Both the position numbers and the translations under genes were made by a program. From NCBI GenBank assembly GCA_053919585.1, contig CM132809.1: 64,000 nt of DNA; one strand, written 5' to 3'. Source of the stretch: Euprymna scolopes. Lineage: Eukaryota. The notes below the pieces were generated by a model. That model saw only the letters and a list, made by a program, of their open reading frames with translations. It ran no database searches and had not been told where the DNA came from. Position 1 is the stretch's first letter, and every line of letters begins with the position of its first letter. This document shows positions 1-12,437 of the stretch, one piece after another.

Positions 1-562
1 TCTTCATAAAACAAACATATGCAACATCATTTCCGTTTTATTTCGTTTTGTTCTATGCTATCTACTGGGTGAAACGCACCATGGATTTAACCGAAACGAA
101 GTGTTATTCATGCCATTTTCTTTTTTTTTGTTTTGTGGCTTTTCGCTATGTTTCTTTGTTTTTGCTTTTTCCTCTTAGTTTTGCTTTTTGTTTTTCCGAT
201 TTCTTTTTTTAAGGAAGTTTTACGTTTGTTCGATGTTTTTTGAACATCGTTTTTTTTTCAATATTTAAACAGGGTTATTACTTCGCTTATTCATTACTTT
301 ATCCTCCTTCACCCACATACACCTACAAACACCCGGCAAANNNNNNNNNNNNNNNNNNNNNNNNNNNNNNNNNNNNNNNNNNNNNNNNNNNNNNNNNNNN
401 NNNNNNNNNNNNNNNNNNNNNNNNNNNNNNNNNNNNNNNNNNNNNNNNNNNNNNNNNNNNNNNNNNNNNNNATAAAAGCCAACATATGGAACTAATTCAC
501 ACACTTCAACTTTTGCTGTTTCTTTACCAAGATTAATATTTCATTAATATTTTAAAAAATTA

Positions 563-731
563 AAAAAGTTCATGAGTTCGAACTAAAAATAAAAAAAAGT
601 TCATGAGTGCGAACTAAAAATAAAAAAAAGTTCGTGAGTGCGAACTAAAAATAAAAAAGTTCATGAGTGCGAACTAAAAATAAAAAAGTTCATGAGTGCG
701 AACTAAAAATAAAAAAGTTCATGAGTGCGAA
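563..731. repeat. Minisatellite, ~30-bp unit (AAAAAAGTTCATGAGTGCGAACTAAAAAT), about 5.5 copies
   Basis: Direct tandem repetition visible in sequence. Confidence 0.9.
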
Positions 732-1571
732 TTGTTTTCATCTTTTGCTAATGGAAACTGATAGTATACATGCTCCGAAGATTAACTTCCATTTTCATTG
801 AGCTTTAACATTTGCTACAATTCAAAACCTTATTTACAGAATATATACCTCAAGAGTATATACATTCTAATTACTTTCGGAGAACTAATGTAATTTTCTG
901 TTAAAAAAAAACGGTTGCTTTCGAGTCAACATGAGTGAGAATATTGCAGAAAAATATGAATGATAGTTTTTATAATCCGAGAGAAAACGTTATAAATTAA
1001 TCATGGTGATATCTTTAAGCAATAACGATGTACTTAATATAAATTATAATGGTATAAAATACGTTTTCTACAAACCGCCCACAACTTTTGCATTCCATCG
1101 TATTAAAGTAAGTCATGTGAGATTAGAAGAATGATAACGTGCAAAATTGTATCTTTAATTAAACAGATGTTTATTTGTTTAAAGTTTCTAATTTTCGGCT
1201 TATAAAAAAGCCTTCATCAGGATTATTTTGAAAAACAATACAATATATTAGTTTTTCTTTATCTTTTTTTCTTCTTTTATGCGCTATGGTGTCATTCTGG
1301 CACGTTGGTTGTGTGCTGCAAATCTGGTGGAGGCGCTGTTCGTGCGCTAGTGTGATACTTCTAATCTCACATCTCAATTCTTTTTAGTTTTAAAAGTAAA
1401 AAAAAAAAGAATTTGCTTAGAAATTGTGTTTAATTCTTCTTTATTTGTTTTATTTTTATTCATTTAATTTATGTATTTTAAAAATTTCCAACTACCTTAG
1501 AGTTTTCATGGGTTCTGTGAATAATAGTTAACACGCTGTCAGATAAAATTTTACTAAAAACGTATAAAACA

Positions 1572-1810
1572 GGGCCCGTGACGTAGTGGATAAAGTACTT
1601 GGCAAAAAAGTTGTAGGTTACACTCTCCTGGAGGTTAAGGTTCAATCCTCAATGGCGATTCTGCCCAGACGGAAGAGAATATGTAAAAAGTCTTATGCTG
1701 ATTGCTGAGTTCGACAAGATACACCTAAAGAAGGTTGGAGGTTACAGCGACCGAAACGTTGTGAAAATAGCCTTCAAGATGAGAATAGTATTCTGAAGAA
1801 TTCAAATATT
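1572..1810 (+). mobile_element. tRNA-like head followed by degenerate Penelope-type hammerhead tail
   Basis: A-box-like TGACGTAGTGG, B-box GGTTCAATCC, then CTAAAGA-aggttgg...cgacc-GAAA-cgttgTG; tail resembles 27860-27930. Confidence 0.55.
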
Positions 1811-1901
1811 GTGAGGAGAAATATTGTTTTAGAATGTGTTTAGAGCTTAAAATCACAATTTCATATAACTAATACGGGTGCAACTATTAAAAACGTTGAT
1901 G

Positions 1902-1959
<58 letters not shown>

Positions 1960-2043
1960 GTGTTATAGCTTTTTTGCTGAATTTTTTAAATAAAAAAGAA
2001 CTTTATTGGAGTCTTCGATTTTGTATCTCTTCTCTTCCATTAC

Positions 2044-2836
2044 TTTTTTTTACATAGGAGTCACCACTTATCAAGGCCCGTAGGCTACTCGAGGATAAGA
2101 GTTAATGGGCGTACAGTAGCAAACGGGATTAGAGCATAGTAATCGTAAGTAGTTGACATTTTGTAATATGGATTACTTACCGTTCATCAAGAACTTGGAC
2201 TTGAAGACACTCAAGTTGTAATCAGTTGGAAAGCAGACAAACGGAAAAGAGTTCCACATGTGTGCAGTTCTAAGAAAGAAGGTTTGTTCATGGAATCTAT
2301 GTTTAGGTTTAGGCGCAAATAAAGAGTGGGGGGGATTATTGATAGTGATTGTCGCTAGACGATTGTTTTTCGTGAAAGTTTGGCGAGGGGGGAACCATAG
2401 ATTGGAGCTCAGACGAGCACCTGCCATGAAAATAAGGATAAATCTGACACAGGTTAGCAACTTCTCTTCGTTGGGAAAGAGGTTGTAAGGAAAAGAAAAG
2501 AGCATACCCCCATCAAGCTATAAAGTCTATCTTGAACTCTGTCAAGGCAGGACAAGCGCTTCTTTGTCAAGGCAGGACAAGCGCTTTTTTGTCAAGGCAA
2601 GACAAGCTAGCCTCTTTAAAGCTGATGCTACATTATGATCGTATATAAAAGCCAGGTACGTCAAATGATGGGGCACTCTTGCTACATCTGTGCAAGACAA
2701 GCTGATTCTAGCCCAGATGTGGCAACAGTACCCCGCCAGTTTCTCCATTGTCCTGCCCAGATGTGGCAACAGTACCCCATCACTTGACGTACCTGGCTTT
2801 TATATACAGTCATAATGCAGCATCAGCTTTAAAGAG
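2044..2836 (-). mobile_element. CR1/L2-group LINE 3' fragment with internal inversion
   Basis: ORFs 2173-2505 and 2542-2769 give PPRQTFTKNNRL, RFHEQTFFLRTAHMWNS and YCCHIWA; conserved 3' hairpin and A-tail. Confidence 0.85.
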
Positions 2837-3129
2837 AGTAGATAATGGACTTCAGGTTTACTTTCGGCTGTTTCGTAACTCTCGCTTTCTTCTTTTTTAT
2901 CTTTAATACAACCATTCCATGAAGGATGTTTCTGATAAAAAGAAAATAATTTTTATTTTCTGGGTTGGAATCTATCTATCTAGCATTTCTTGCTAGCTAG
3001 TTTTTTTTTACCTTACACGAAGTAGCTTTATGCGTGGTTTTGTGCGATTTCCATGAAAGCCACCAAAAATCATCACAATATTTGACGTTAATAAGTGTCT
3101 TGAACCAATAAAACAAATTTGATGAAAAT

Positions 3130-3548
3130 TGCTTTATGTATTATCAAGTTACATGGCAAGTGTTCATCTGAGCTTCAGTCTATGTTATTGCCTTGCCAGA
3201 TATTCACTAAATCCCTCGTCTGGCTACAGCTACTACTAACAAATTCCTCTACTCTCTATCAGCGTCTGAATCCAAGCACAAATTCCATAAACAATTTTTT
3301 TTCCTAGAACAGCTAGCCTGTCGATCTCTGTTCCGTTGGCTTGCTTCCAAGCTGATTAAAACACGGTCGTCTTAAAGGCAAATGTAAGCAAGTTCTTGGT
3401 GTCCCGCCCACTTAAATAATTAAATTCTATCTGATTTCCGCCACTAACGATCACAACGCTGTTGTCTCAGTGACCACCTCACACTTATCAATCCTTATCC
3501 TTGAGTGACTTTTGAGCCTTGATAAGCAGTGATATACATGTAAAAAAA
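3130..3548 (+). mobile_element. CR1/L2-group LINE 3' fragment (older copy)
   Basis: HGKCSSELQSM motif; 3' end CTTATCCTTGAGTG...CCTTGATAAG...CATGTAAAAAAA. Confidence 0.8.
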
Positions 3549-3859
3549 GTTTGGTAAAAAAGTACAAAACAAACAAACTGTTTATTTAATAATTATTTGT
3601 TGCTTTAGTAATAATATCAATTTAATTGTTTTCTTTTTATACTTCGCATCGTTAGTTTGAAATTTTTGTAATTAATAAATAATCTAATAATAGGAAATAG
3701 ATTTTCATTCCAATTAACACACGGGATGTTATTGAAAAAGGAACACGTTCATAAAGACACGGGTCCTTAAATGTACTATATTTAAAATGAATGCTAGGAT
3801 TTATTGTCTTTATTACTCTCTAAACAAGAATACGGTGACATGTCTGCAGCGAACAAGGG

Positions 3860-4470
3860 ATGAAGCAGATCAGCACTTTTATTTCCATGGGTGAAGAGGA
3901 TAAGCAGTTTTATTTACAAGTTAAAGCAGATAAGCAACTTTATTTACAGGGGTGAAGCAGATAAACAGTTTTATTTTCGGCGATGAAGCAGAGAAGCAGT
4001 TTCCCTTTTGAGGGCGAAGCAGATAAGCAGTTTTATTTTCGGTAGTGAATCAGATAAGGAGTTTTATTTCTGTGGTGAAGCGAGTAAACAGTTTTATTTT
4101 CGGTTATTAAGAAGATAAACAGTTTTATTTTCAGTGGTTAAGCAGATAAGCAGTTTTATTTTCGGTTGTTAAGTAGATAAGCAGTCTTATTCTCTGTTGT
4201 TAAGCAGATAAGCAGTTTTATTTTCGGTTGTTAAATAAATAAGCAGTTTTATTTTCGGTTGTTAAGTAGATAAGCAGTTTATTTTCGGTTGTTAAGTAAA
4301 TAAGCAGTTTTATTCTCGGTTGTTAAGCAGATAAGCAGTTTTATTTTCGGTTGTTAAGCAGATAAGCAGTTTTATTTTCGGTTGTTAAGCAGGTAAGCAG
4401 TTTTATTTTCGGTTGTTAAGCAGATAAGCAGTTTTATTTTCGGGGATGAAACAGATAATTAGTTTGCCTT
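3860..4470. repeat. Minisatellite, ~30-31-bp unit (AGCAGATAAGCAGTTTTATTTTCGGTTGTTA), about 20 copies
   Basis: Tandem repetition, more diverged at the left end. Confidence 0.92.
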
Positions 4471-4620
4471 TCGGAGTTATGATCTTTACCACATTTATTC
4501 TTTCGACTTTATGTAGGAACTTTATTTAATCACAAACTTCCCTAGCTGTGCATGCAGAACATTTTAAGGAAATAGGAAATTATATCAACCGCAAATTACT
4601 CCCACCACCAACACCAGGAA

Positions 4621-4745
4621 GGTGACGGTGGCTAGTAGTTAAGGACACTGACTGACAAATTGGTTGTGCCAAGTTCGAATCCAGATCGTTCCATAGAAAT
4701 ACATGTCACTTAGGGATGTTGATAACCTTCAGGATGGCCGTCTTG
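4621..4745 (+). mobile_element. tRNA-derived SINE head with decayed hammerhead-like tail
   Basis: A-box TGGCTAGTAG, B-box GTTCGAATCC; downstream TGGCCG-TC resembles a palindromic stem III plus cleavage site; related copy at 42440-42550 (-). Confidence 0.6.
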
Positions 4746-6223
4746 TATGTACTTCGTATTATTGTAGAAAGGATTCTTAATAGAATTATATCCGGGAAAC
4801 CAATGCAAACAGCATCATCATCATGGATGATGCTCAACACCATTAACACCACACCCACCGACTAGCTGACATGAAGATTTTGTATATCTTCAGCAGGCTA
4901 GTGTAGGGTTAGAGGCGTAGACTCAGTTTGACGGTTAGGTTTCGATCCTGGCTTGAAATTTAGGGTTTCAGTCATCGGCTTTTAGGGATGTGTTGACGCC
5001 AATTGTAGTTTTACTTTGGGATGTTTTGTAATAAGAGAATTATTGTTTGGAATGAGCCGTATTCAGAGAAATATTTTCCGTGGAAATGTTTTGCAGGTTT
5101 TATCATTCAAACACTACCGTGTTTGAATATATGGCTAAATGTTTGTTTTACGTATTTAGAACTGCTTTAAAGCTTCACCGCTCACTCATCTTGCGACTAA
5201 ATTTCAAACAATTTTTTTCGTAGGTTACCTTCTCAGCTAGAAAAATGTGCAATTTTCATTCAGTAAAACAGAAGTTATAATAAAATTACTGTGCTCAAAA
5301 TTCTAAGAATGTGTAAGGAAGGGAAAGACGTTTTTTTATTGGCTGTTGGTTATCATAGCAACCAAATCTGTTACCCTACTTCAAATCGGCTAGATACAGC
5401 GGGAATAATGGCGTAACAGGATATTAAAAAAAATTGTCGCTAATAATTCATCACTGTTTCGATTTGTCGCAACTCTGTACTGTCGCTAATATTTCACAGG
5501 TAACAAATGAAAGACAGATAAAAGAATATTTCGAGGAAAAGCCTGAAAAAATAATGGATTACATAGAAAAATGCGAGCATGAAAAGTAATATGGTTAAGA
5601 TTTAAACATTGGAAAGTAAAAGGACTATTTGTTTAACCTGGGGGAAAAAGACAAGACATTCTAGTAAAAAAATATAATACATTTATAACTTAAAATATTG
5701 CAATATTAAGATTTTTTAAAAACTCAATTTAACATTATATAATAAATTCTTAATTAATACTGCAATATTTTAAGCTATAAAGGAATGGGGCAAGATAATA
5801 TTATTAACGAACATAACACGCAACACCTACAGACTTTTTGTGGTATTACGCACCAAATAGTTTATTGTAGAACTACACATTTTACACATCAATTATTCCC
5901 AATGACTTCATTTTAATCCAATCCCAACCGTCTGTTTTTGCCCATTCATAAAATTCTTTTACTTCTGTACAAAGAGGTTGATTTAGTCTAGTAATTTTTT
6001 ATGAATGAATATCAGTCACGCCTTAATGTTTGCCCTCAACATTCCATTATTGAAATATTTATTAAGTGTCAATATCTGCGAATCGGATACTACGTAAGAA
6101 CACCGGGTTTAACAGGAACAGCGTGACATGCTTGTGCATGGTTAATGATGTTCTTTCGCAGGCAACAAAAAAAAAATCAATAAATTTTTTACGCTAATTT
6201 AAATAACAAAAGATACTTATGAG

Positions 6224-6399
6224 TAGGGCCATGAGAAGAGAATATTCTTTTCATCATTTTTACTCTCGAGTATATATAAGCTAATATATTATATGTGTTT
6301 TTTTTTGATAGAATGATGTGGTTCTCGATTGATTAACTGTGTCGGATATATACTCGAGAGTTAAAACAATGATAAGAATATTCTCTTGTCATAGCCCTA
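6224..6399. mobile_element. hAT-type MITE
   Basis: TAGGGC...GCCCTA long imperfect TIRs; 8-bp TSD CTTATGAG/GTTATGAG. Confidence 0.8.
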
Positions 6400-7472
6400 G
6401 TTATGAGTTCCGAAATAAATTATTTATATACATACTATTTAATGCAATAAAATGTAGTATTTGATTCATAATTCTCAAAGTTTATGCTTCAAATTCTTTA
6501 CATCTTCAAATATTTATTCATGATGTTTAGTTTAGTATATGATATGAGAGGGGAGCTTCCGAAATTAATGTTTCTGTTTAAAGAACAATTAAACAATGAT
6601 ACTTGCATTTTTTTTTATTTTAGACTAAAATTAAAGCTATTATAATCGCACAACCAGTAAGGATAGGCAGAAAAAAATCAACAGTAGGTTTTTTTTAATA
6701 TGACAGGGGCGTGTTCGAAATGAATGTTTCTGTTTAGAGCACAATTGAAGCATGATAATTGACGTTTACATTATAAACTTTAATGCAAGCCATTAGATAT
6801 AAAAAATAATTTTTTAGAATGAACAGTTCAATGTAAAAAACAACATATTGTAAACTAAACACTGCAAAAGCCATGCGAAGCTTTCTCCAGATGCACCGCA
6901 ACGTGTTCTCAATTAAAGCAGAAAATCAATCGATTTGATTGAAAAATGGTCGATTTCACCGATTTCGATGACAATAAAACTATGGAAGCGTGAAACAGTT
7001 GTTGATTATCATTCAATCTCAGTCAGCGTCGGGCGACCCTGACTAAATGAATATATACATAACATTATTAATTTACTATTAAAAATAAATGAAATATATA
7101 TTACATTAATGATCAAACTAAACATTGATCAAGTTAAATTTAATTGAAATGAAAAATAAAGGAAAGATTAAACCAATGGGCGAAGAGAAATATAAAAGAT
7201 TCAACATTATAGGCGTAGTAAGTATATAGGAAGCGCCAAGAGTTGAGGATGGGATTCTGTGTATTTAAGGGATTTGAGTAGGTGCGATTTGGACAAGGAA
7301 CGGCGAATATGCATTTTATTCGGTTTTAGAAAATTTTAAACNNNNNNNNNNNNNNNNNNNNNNNNNNNNNNNNNNNNNNNNNNNNNNNNNNNNNNNNNNN
7401 NNNNNNNNNNNNNNNNNNNNNNNNNNNNNNNNNNNNNNNNNNNNNNNNNNNNNNNNNNNNNNNNNNNNNNNN

Positions 7473-7928
7473 TAATTATTTCCACAGCCACACAATGTCG
7501 CAGCTAACAAGAGCTATGATATACAACAAACCGGAAGTCCAGGATTCGAATTTCACTCTCATTTGGGCTCATCAGTTAGACAGATCCGAACTCAGGATTC
7601 GAAACGCGAGTTTAAAATTCCTACTTGTGAGATATCGGCTTGGGTTATGAGCTGGTTGGATGACCATGTTCCTTGTTCGAGACGAAGAAAGTTCATTCCA
7701 CAGACGGATTTTCGCCGCGGTTTGCTTGATCTGTGTTAAATAATAGCCTTATCTGCGGGGCATTTGCTCAGTAGGCAGAGTGCTTACATCGCATGCAGGA
7801 GGTTTTGTATCCCGAGTTCGGATATGTCGAACTGATGAGCCTAAATGAGAGCGAACTCGTCTTGGATTCAGGTTTGTTGACTGTCATAGCTCTCGTTAGC
7901 TGCAACTTTGTTTGGCTGTGTAAATAAT

Positions 7929-7930
<2 letters not shown>
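7473..7930 (+). mobile_element. tRNA-Ala-like head plus hammerhead element with an inverted partial copy upstream (Penelope-like arrangement)
   Basis: Arms 7473-7605 and 7800-7930 are inverted copies, each with CTGATGA-GCCY-aaatga-GAGY-GAA(A); 7757-7815 resembles tRNA-Ala(CGC). Confidence 0.7.
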
Positions 7931-7972
<42 letters not shown>

Positions 7973-7984
7973 TTACCTTGCTTA

Positions 7985-8876
7985 CAATAAGTTTCCAGAC
8001 TTTTTTGTACAGGTATTTAAAATGGTCGCAAACTCTTTAACATTCAGTATGGTATTGCTTTGCATTTTATGAGATGACTGACCGATTTTTATGATTCCAG
8101 GTTCCCATGAACAGCTTGGAATACACCCTACTAAAACCTGATTGTCATAGCTGGTCGATTTCAAAAAAATGCAATCTGGACGTCAGGACATTTTAGAAGA
8201 GCGATATGCAATAAAATACGGTTTAAACTTGCAAAAATTCCACAGTAACGTATGGTATAAATCAGACTGCTCATCTCGCATGCATCAAGCATCAGTTTTT
8301 GAGTGGCAGGTAGTCTGTAAGGAATGATGAGACGTGCGAAAGAAGAAAGGAAGTCAGAACAGCTGACGTGATTGGCCAAATAAAGAATTTCATGGATAAG
8401 GACAGTCGTGTGTCTATAGAGACAATAAGTGCAGTTTGATGTCAATTGTGGGAACTGTGCACACAGTTAATCATGAGGAATTGAAGATGCCGGATATTTG
8501 CGCGAAGTTTGTTCAAGGGTGCTCCATTCTTGTCACGGACTATTTTACCAAGATGGGCATCAAGACTGTTCTTCATCCTCCCTATAGTCTAGACCTTACT
8601 CCCTGTAACTTTTGATTAATCCCCAAGCTCAAAGAAAAAAAACACAGAGGCTGTCGTTATGAGACAATTGAGGAGATGAAAGAAGCTGTGACGAAGGTCC
8701 TTGATACGCTCACATATATAAAAAAAAACTTCTCTGTAGCCGTACAGGAATTGTTGGAACGGTTAAACAAGTCCATTACAGCCGGAGGAGATAACTTGGA
8801 AGAGGACTACATTTTCCTGTGTATACTATACGTAAAAGTGCCCATACGAAAACGTCTAGAAACTTAAAGCACCTAG
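7985..8876 (+). mobile_element. Degenerate, internally deleted mariner transposon
   Basis: HPPYSLDLTPCNF (YSPDLAPCDF motif) near 8575-8612; C-terminal ORF 8676-8867; TIR-like ends; same family as 58899-60450. Confidence 0.85.
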
Positions 8877-8937
8877 TAAAAATGGTTCTTAATTGTTTGT
8901 TTTTGCAGGAGAGTAATGTTTCAAATCCGTAATACAT

Positions 8938-9110
8938 GTAACAGAGCGGTGGTTATATGCAAATACCGAGCCGTGTGCGAAATGACGTCATGGTATGGAA
9001 AAAGTAAATGACCAGAAAAAGGAGAGAGAGCACGTTAGAGAAGGCGATCACGTTAGAGACGTGACGTCACAGTCGTAACGAGAAGTCACGCGTGGTAGGA
9101 GTCAAGAGGA
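8938..9110 (+). mobile_element. LTR 5' fragment
   Basis: TGTAACAG start; homologous to 35829-36012, 44227-45103 and 28917-29216. Confidence 0.55.
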
Positions 9111-9137
9111 ATGGCTACGTTAGATTTTTGCAGACAT

Positions 9138-9511
9138 CGCTCGTCTGAGCTCCAATCTATGGTACCTCCTCGCCAAACTTTCACGAAAAACACTAGTCTG
9201 GCTGAAAACACTATCAATAATTTCCCTCACTCTTTATCTGTGCCTTAATCTAAACGTAGATTCCATGAACAAAGCTTCTTTCTTGGAACTGTACGCATGT
9301 GGAACTCTCTTTCGTTTGCCGTCTTTCCAGCTGACAACAATTTGGCTGTCTTCAAGTCCAACGCAAACAAATTCTTGATGCACCACCCCTTTAAGTAATC
9401 CAAGTTACCGAATTTCCACTATTAACGATTGCTACGATATTATCCAATTGACTTCTGCGCACTCAATTATCCTTATGCTCGAGTGACTCCTAAGTAAAAA
9501 AAAAAAAAAAA
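9138..9511 (+). mobile_element. CR1/L2-group LINE 3' fragment
   Basis: Same 3' sequence as other copies, ends in poly(A). Confidence 0.85.
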
Positions 9512-9537
9512 TGGAACATTTCGATGTAGTCTTATAT

Positions 9538-9645
9538 ACAACGTCTGGTGTTCATGGTCACTCGTATTATACTCACCAGGCTCAACGTTGCTTAACTTCG
9601 GTGATATAACGAGAACCGGTGTGCTAACGTCATTATAGCATGTAA
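9538..9645 (-). pseudogene. 5S rRNA-derived sequence (pseudogene or SINE3 head)
   Basis: Reverse complement contains CACACCGGTTCTCGT..ATCACCGAAGTTAAGCAACGT, the conserved 5S core; degenerate 3' part. Confidence 0.85.
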
Positions 9646-10030
9646 AATCTGGCGGTGTAACACAGCATTCGACCGACATATGTCGACAATTGTTCGAATA
9701 ATTCAAACATGGAATGTTTTTGTCAACATTAAGGCGTGAAGGACATTTACTCGTAATACATTCCCAGATTAAACAAACCTTTTAATGCAGGAGAGGCCAA
9801 ATAATTGAATGGATGAGCTAAAAAATGCTAATGATTGGAATGATAAAAGTAACGTATCGCTTATACATAAGGCGTAACACGTGTGATTCTATAAATATCA
9901 CAACGAACCTACTGTGTTTTAACACAACGGATCGGTTGTGTTTTATCTATAAGGGACATTGCACATCGACATGTTTGTAACTAAACTAGTATCGAAAAGT
10001 ATTTAAAAAACATGGACTTTCTTTACGAAG

Positions 10031-10500
10031 GAGTTGTCACTTATCAATGCATAAAGGCCACTCAAGGATAAAAGTTAATGAGTGTAATGATCGGTGAGAA
10101 AACAGGTTAGTGATTAATAGTGATTGGTGGAAGTTATTTATTTAAGTGGACGCCTCAACAGGAACTTGTTTACATTGGTCTTGAAGACAACTATGCTGTA
10201 ATAAGCTGGAAGACAGTTTCCTAGTATAGAGTTCTACAAGTGAGCAGTTCTATGAAAAAAGCTTTGTTCTATGACATTTGTATTTAGATTAAGGCATACA
10301 TAGAGAGCGAGAAAAATGTTGACAGTGGTTGTAGATAGACGAGTGCTTTCTGTGAAAGTATTGCGGGACAGACCAAAGATTTAAGCTCAGTCGTGCATTT
10401 GCCATGAAAATAACGATAGAGTAGATGTAGACTTGCAACGTCTCTTCTGGCATCACCTACTAATTTCCAAAGTCAGTTTAGAACACTATCCAAGCAGGAG
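10031..10500 (-). mobile_element. CR1/L2-group LINE 3' fragment (older copy)
   Basis: Same conserved 3' end and C-terminal coding remnant. Confidence 0.8.
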
Positions 10501-10501
10501 A

Positions 10502-11165
10502 TTTTTTTTTTTTACATAGGCATCACCACATTATCAAGGCCAAGAGGCCACTCAAGGATAAGGGTTAAAGAGTGTACAGTAGAAATTGGACATTATAGTA
10601 ATCATTAGTAATGAAAATTTGGTAAAGTTGATAACTTATATGGAACGGCTCATCAAGAACTTATTTACGTTAGACTTGAAGACAACCATATTGTAGTCAG
10701 CCGGAAAGCAGGAAAACGGAAGACAATTCCACAGGCATACAGTTCTAAGAAAAAAGCTTTGTTCATGGAATCTACGTTTAGGTTTAGGCACAGATAAAGA
10801 GTGGGGGGAATTATTGATAGTGTTTACAGCTAGACAAGTGTTTCTTGTGAAAGTTTTGCGAGGGAGGGGACCATAGATTGAAGCTCATTCGAACACTTTC
10901 CATGAAAATAACGATACATCAGAGACAAACTCGCAACATCTCTTCTGTGAGATAAAGGTTGCAAGGAAGAGAAAAGGACATCTCCTACGAGGCTACGAAG
11001 TCTATTTTGAACTCTATCAAGGCAGGTCAAGTCCTTTCTATCAGCTCCTGCCCAGATGTGGCAACAGTATTCCATCCTTGGACGTACCTGGCTCTTATAT
11101 AGATAGAGAATAGCATCAGCAGTGAGATATCTACCGGATCGATAGAAAGATCACACCATTTTTCC
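10502..11165 (-). mobile_element. CR1/L2-group LINE 3' fragment (young subfamily)
   Basis: ORF 10830-11075 MEYCCHIWAGA...LDRVQNRLRSLVG...PLSHRRDVASLSLMYRY; A-tail; nearly identical to 36050-36612. Confidence 0.9.
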
Positions 11166-11505
11166 AATTTCCAAGCAACTCCCACGATGTAGCAATAGTA
11201 CTCCATTTTAGGAGGCATTTGCATAATATACAAGTACAGCATTACGTCTGGAGGGAGATATTATCTGGAGCGGTAGAATGATGCAACTATTTTTCCAACG
11301 GCTTTGACAACGGGTTTGATTTTTTAAAATAAAATCTATATAATAGCCGTTAATAAAGTTCTGAATTTTGTTTTAAAATGAGAGCTGATTATTTATAGCA
11401 CTTGTATTAATCGGACTATTTTTCTAAACTTGAGTGTTATTTGTACAACGTTTCGGTCGGTTCGACCTTCAACCGTAACGTTTAATTCCAGTAATACCAG
11501 GGTCT

Positions 11506-11539
<34 letters not shown>

Positions 11540-11868
11540 TCCAACAGACCTTAAAAATCTTTTCACCGACCCATAAAGAAGAATTACTCCAGAAATATTC
11601 CCAACTTGGATTTCTACTCTATGATGTGGATTACACAATATACAGCTTGGATATCATTACCTCACTGCTTTAAAGAGCATTTACCTTGGATTTTACCGCG
11701 CAATTTTAAACTAAACCTTTATATCCTTTTCTTCAATTTCCCCCATGTGATTTCCTATCCTGTCACATTCCTATGTGACTTCTATTTTAATCAAGTTTTG
11801 ATTATGATTTTCCATGGTTAACTGACTTTAGCATATAGGGTGAATACCGTTATATCTATTTGCTAATA

Positions 11869-11925
11869 TTTTCTCCTCTGAAGAGATGGTAGGCATCGAA
11901 ACCCTATAGGATAAGGCGATAAAAT
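11869..11925 (+). ncRNA. Minimal type I hammerhead ribozyme motif (Penelope-type)
   Basis: CTGAAGA-GATG-gtagg-CATC-GAAA-C-CCTATAGG-ATA; stem II pairs fully, stem III is palindromic. Confidence 0.65.
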
Positions 11926-12437
11926 TTCGAAAGTATTTTTTGTCTTACTTGGAATAATAAAAAAAATCCTTGATTTGAATAAAGTTTTTTTTTAAAATTT
12001 CATTGAATCACTATAATTTGCTATATATAGTAGCTATTTTTGGAATATTTTTAAATAATGCAATGTTTAAATTTTGTCTACATGGTTACGAAACAATTGT
12101 AACACATAATGAAATACAGAATATGATGTTCTTATTTTATATTTTATTGTCTTGATTTTTGCAAAATATTATACGCATGCTCCATTATAAAAACCGATAA
12201 TTATGAAGCTTAATTAATTGCGTCAATTTGTATTGACTTCCATTTAATTGGTATATGAACATTACCGAATTGTAATATACAAAAAACCTTTTAGTAAAAG
12301 TCAGACTTCCTTCTCTAATCAGATTTTTTTTCGATTGTTTAGATGAGTTTCCATTATGGTGCACCGTGCGGAAGCTCTATATGTCTCTCACAGTGATTTA
12401 GTCCGCAATAAATTGTAGTCTACATTGCACTAGAGAA

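Noticed and set aside
240-536. ORFs spanning N runs (also 7316, 29174, 33443, 51219)
   Set aside because: Artefacts of assembly gaps
3860-4470. CRISPR-like ~30-bp repeats
   Set aside because: Simple head-to-tail minisatellite without spacers
9538-9645. Functional 5S rRNA gene
   Set aside because: Many substitutions and deletions in the 3' half; isolated copy
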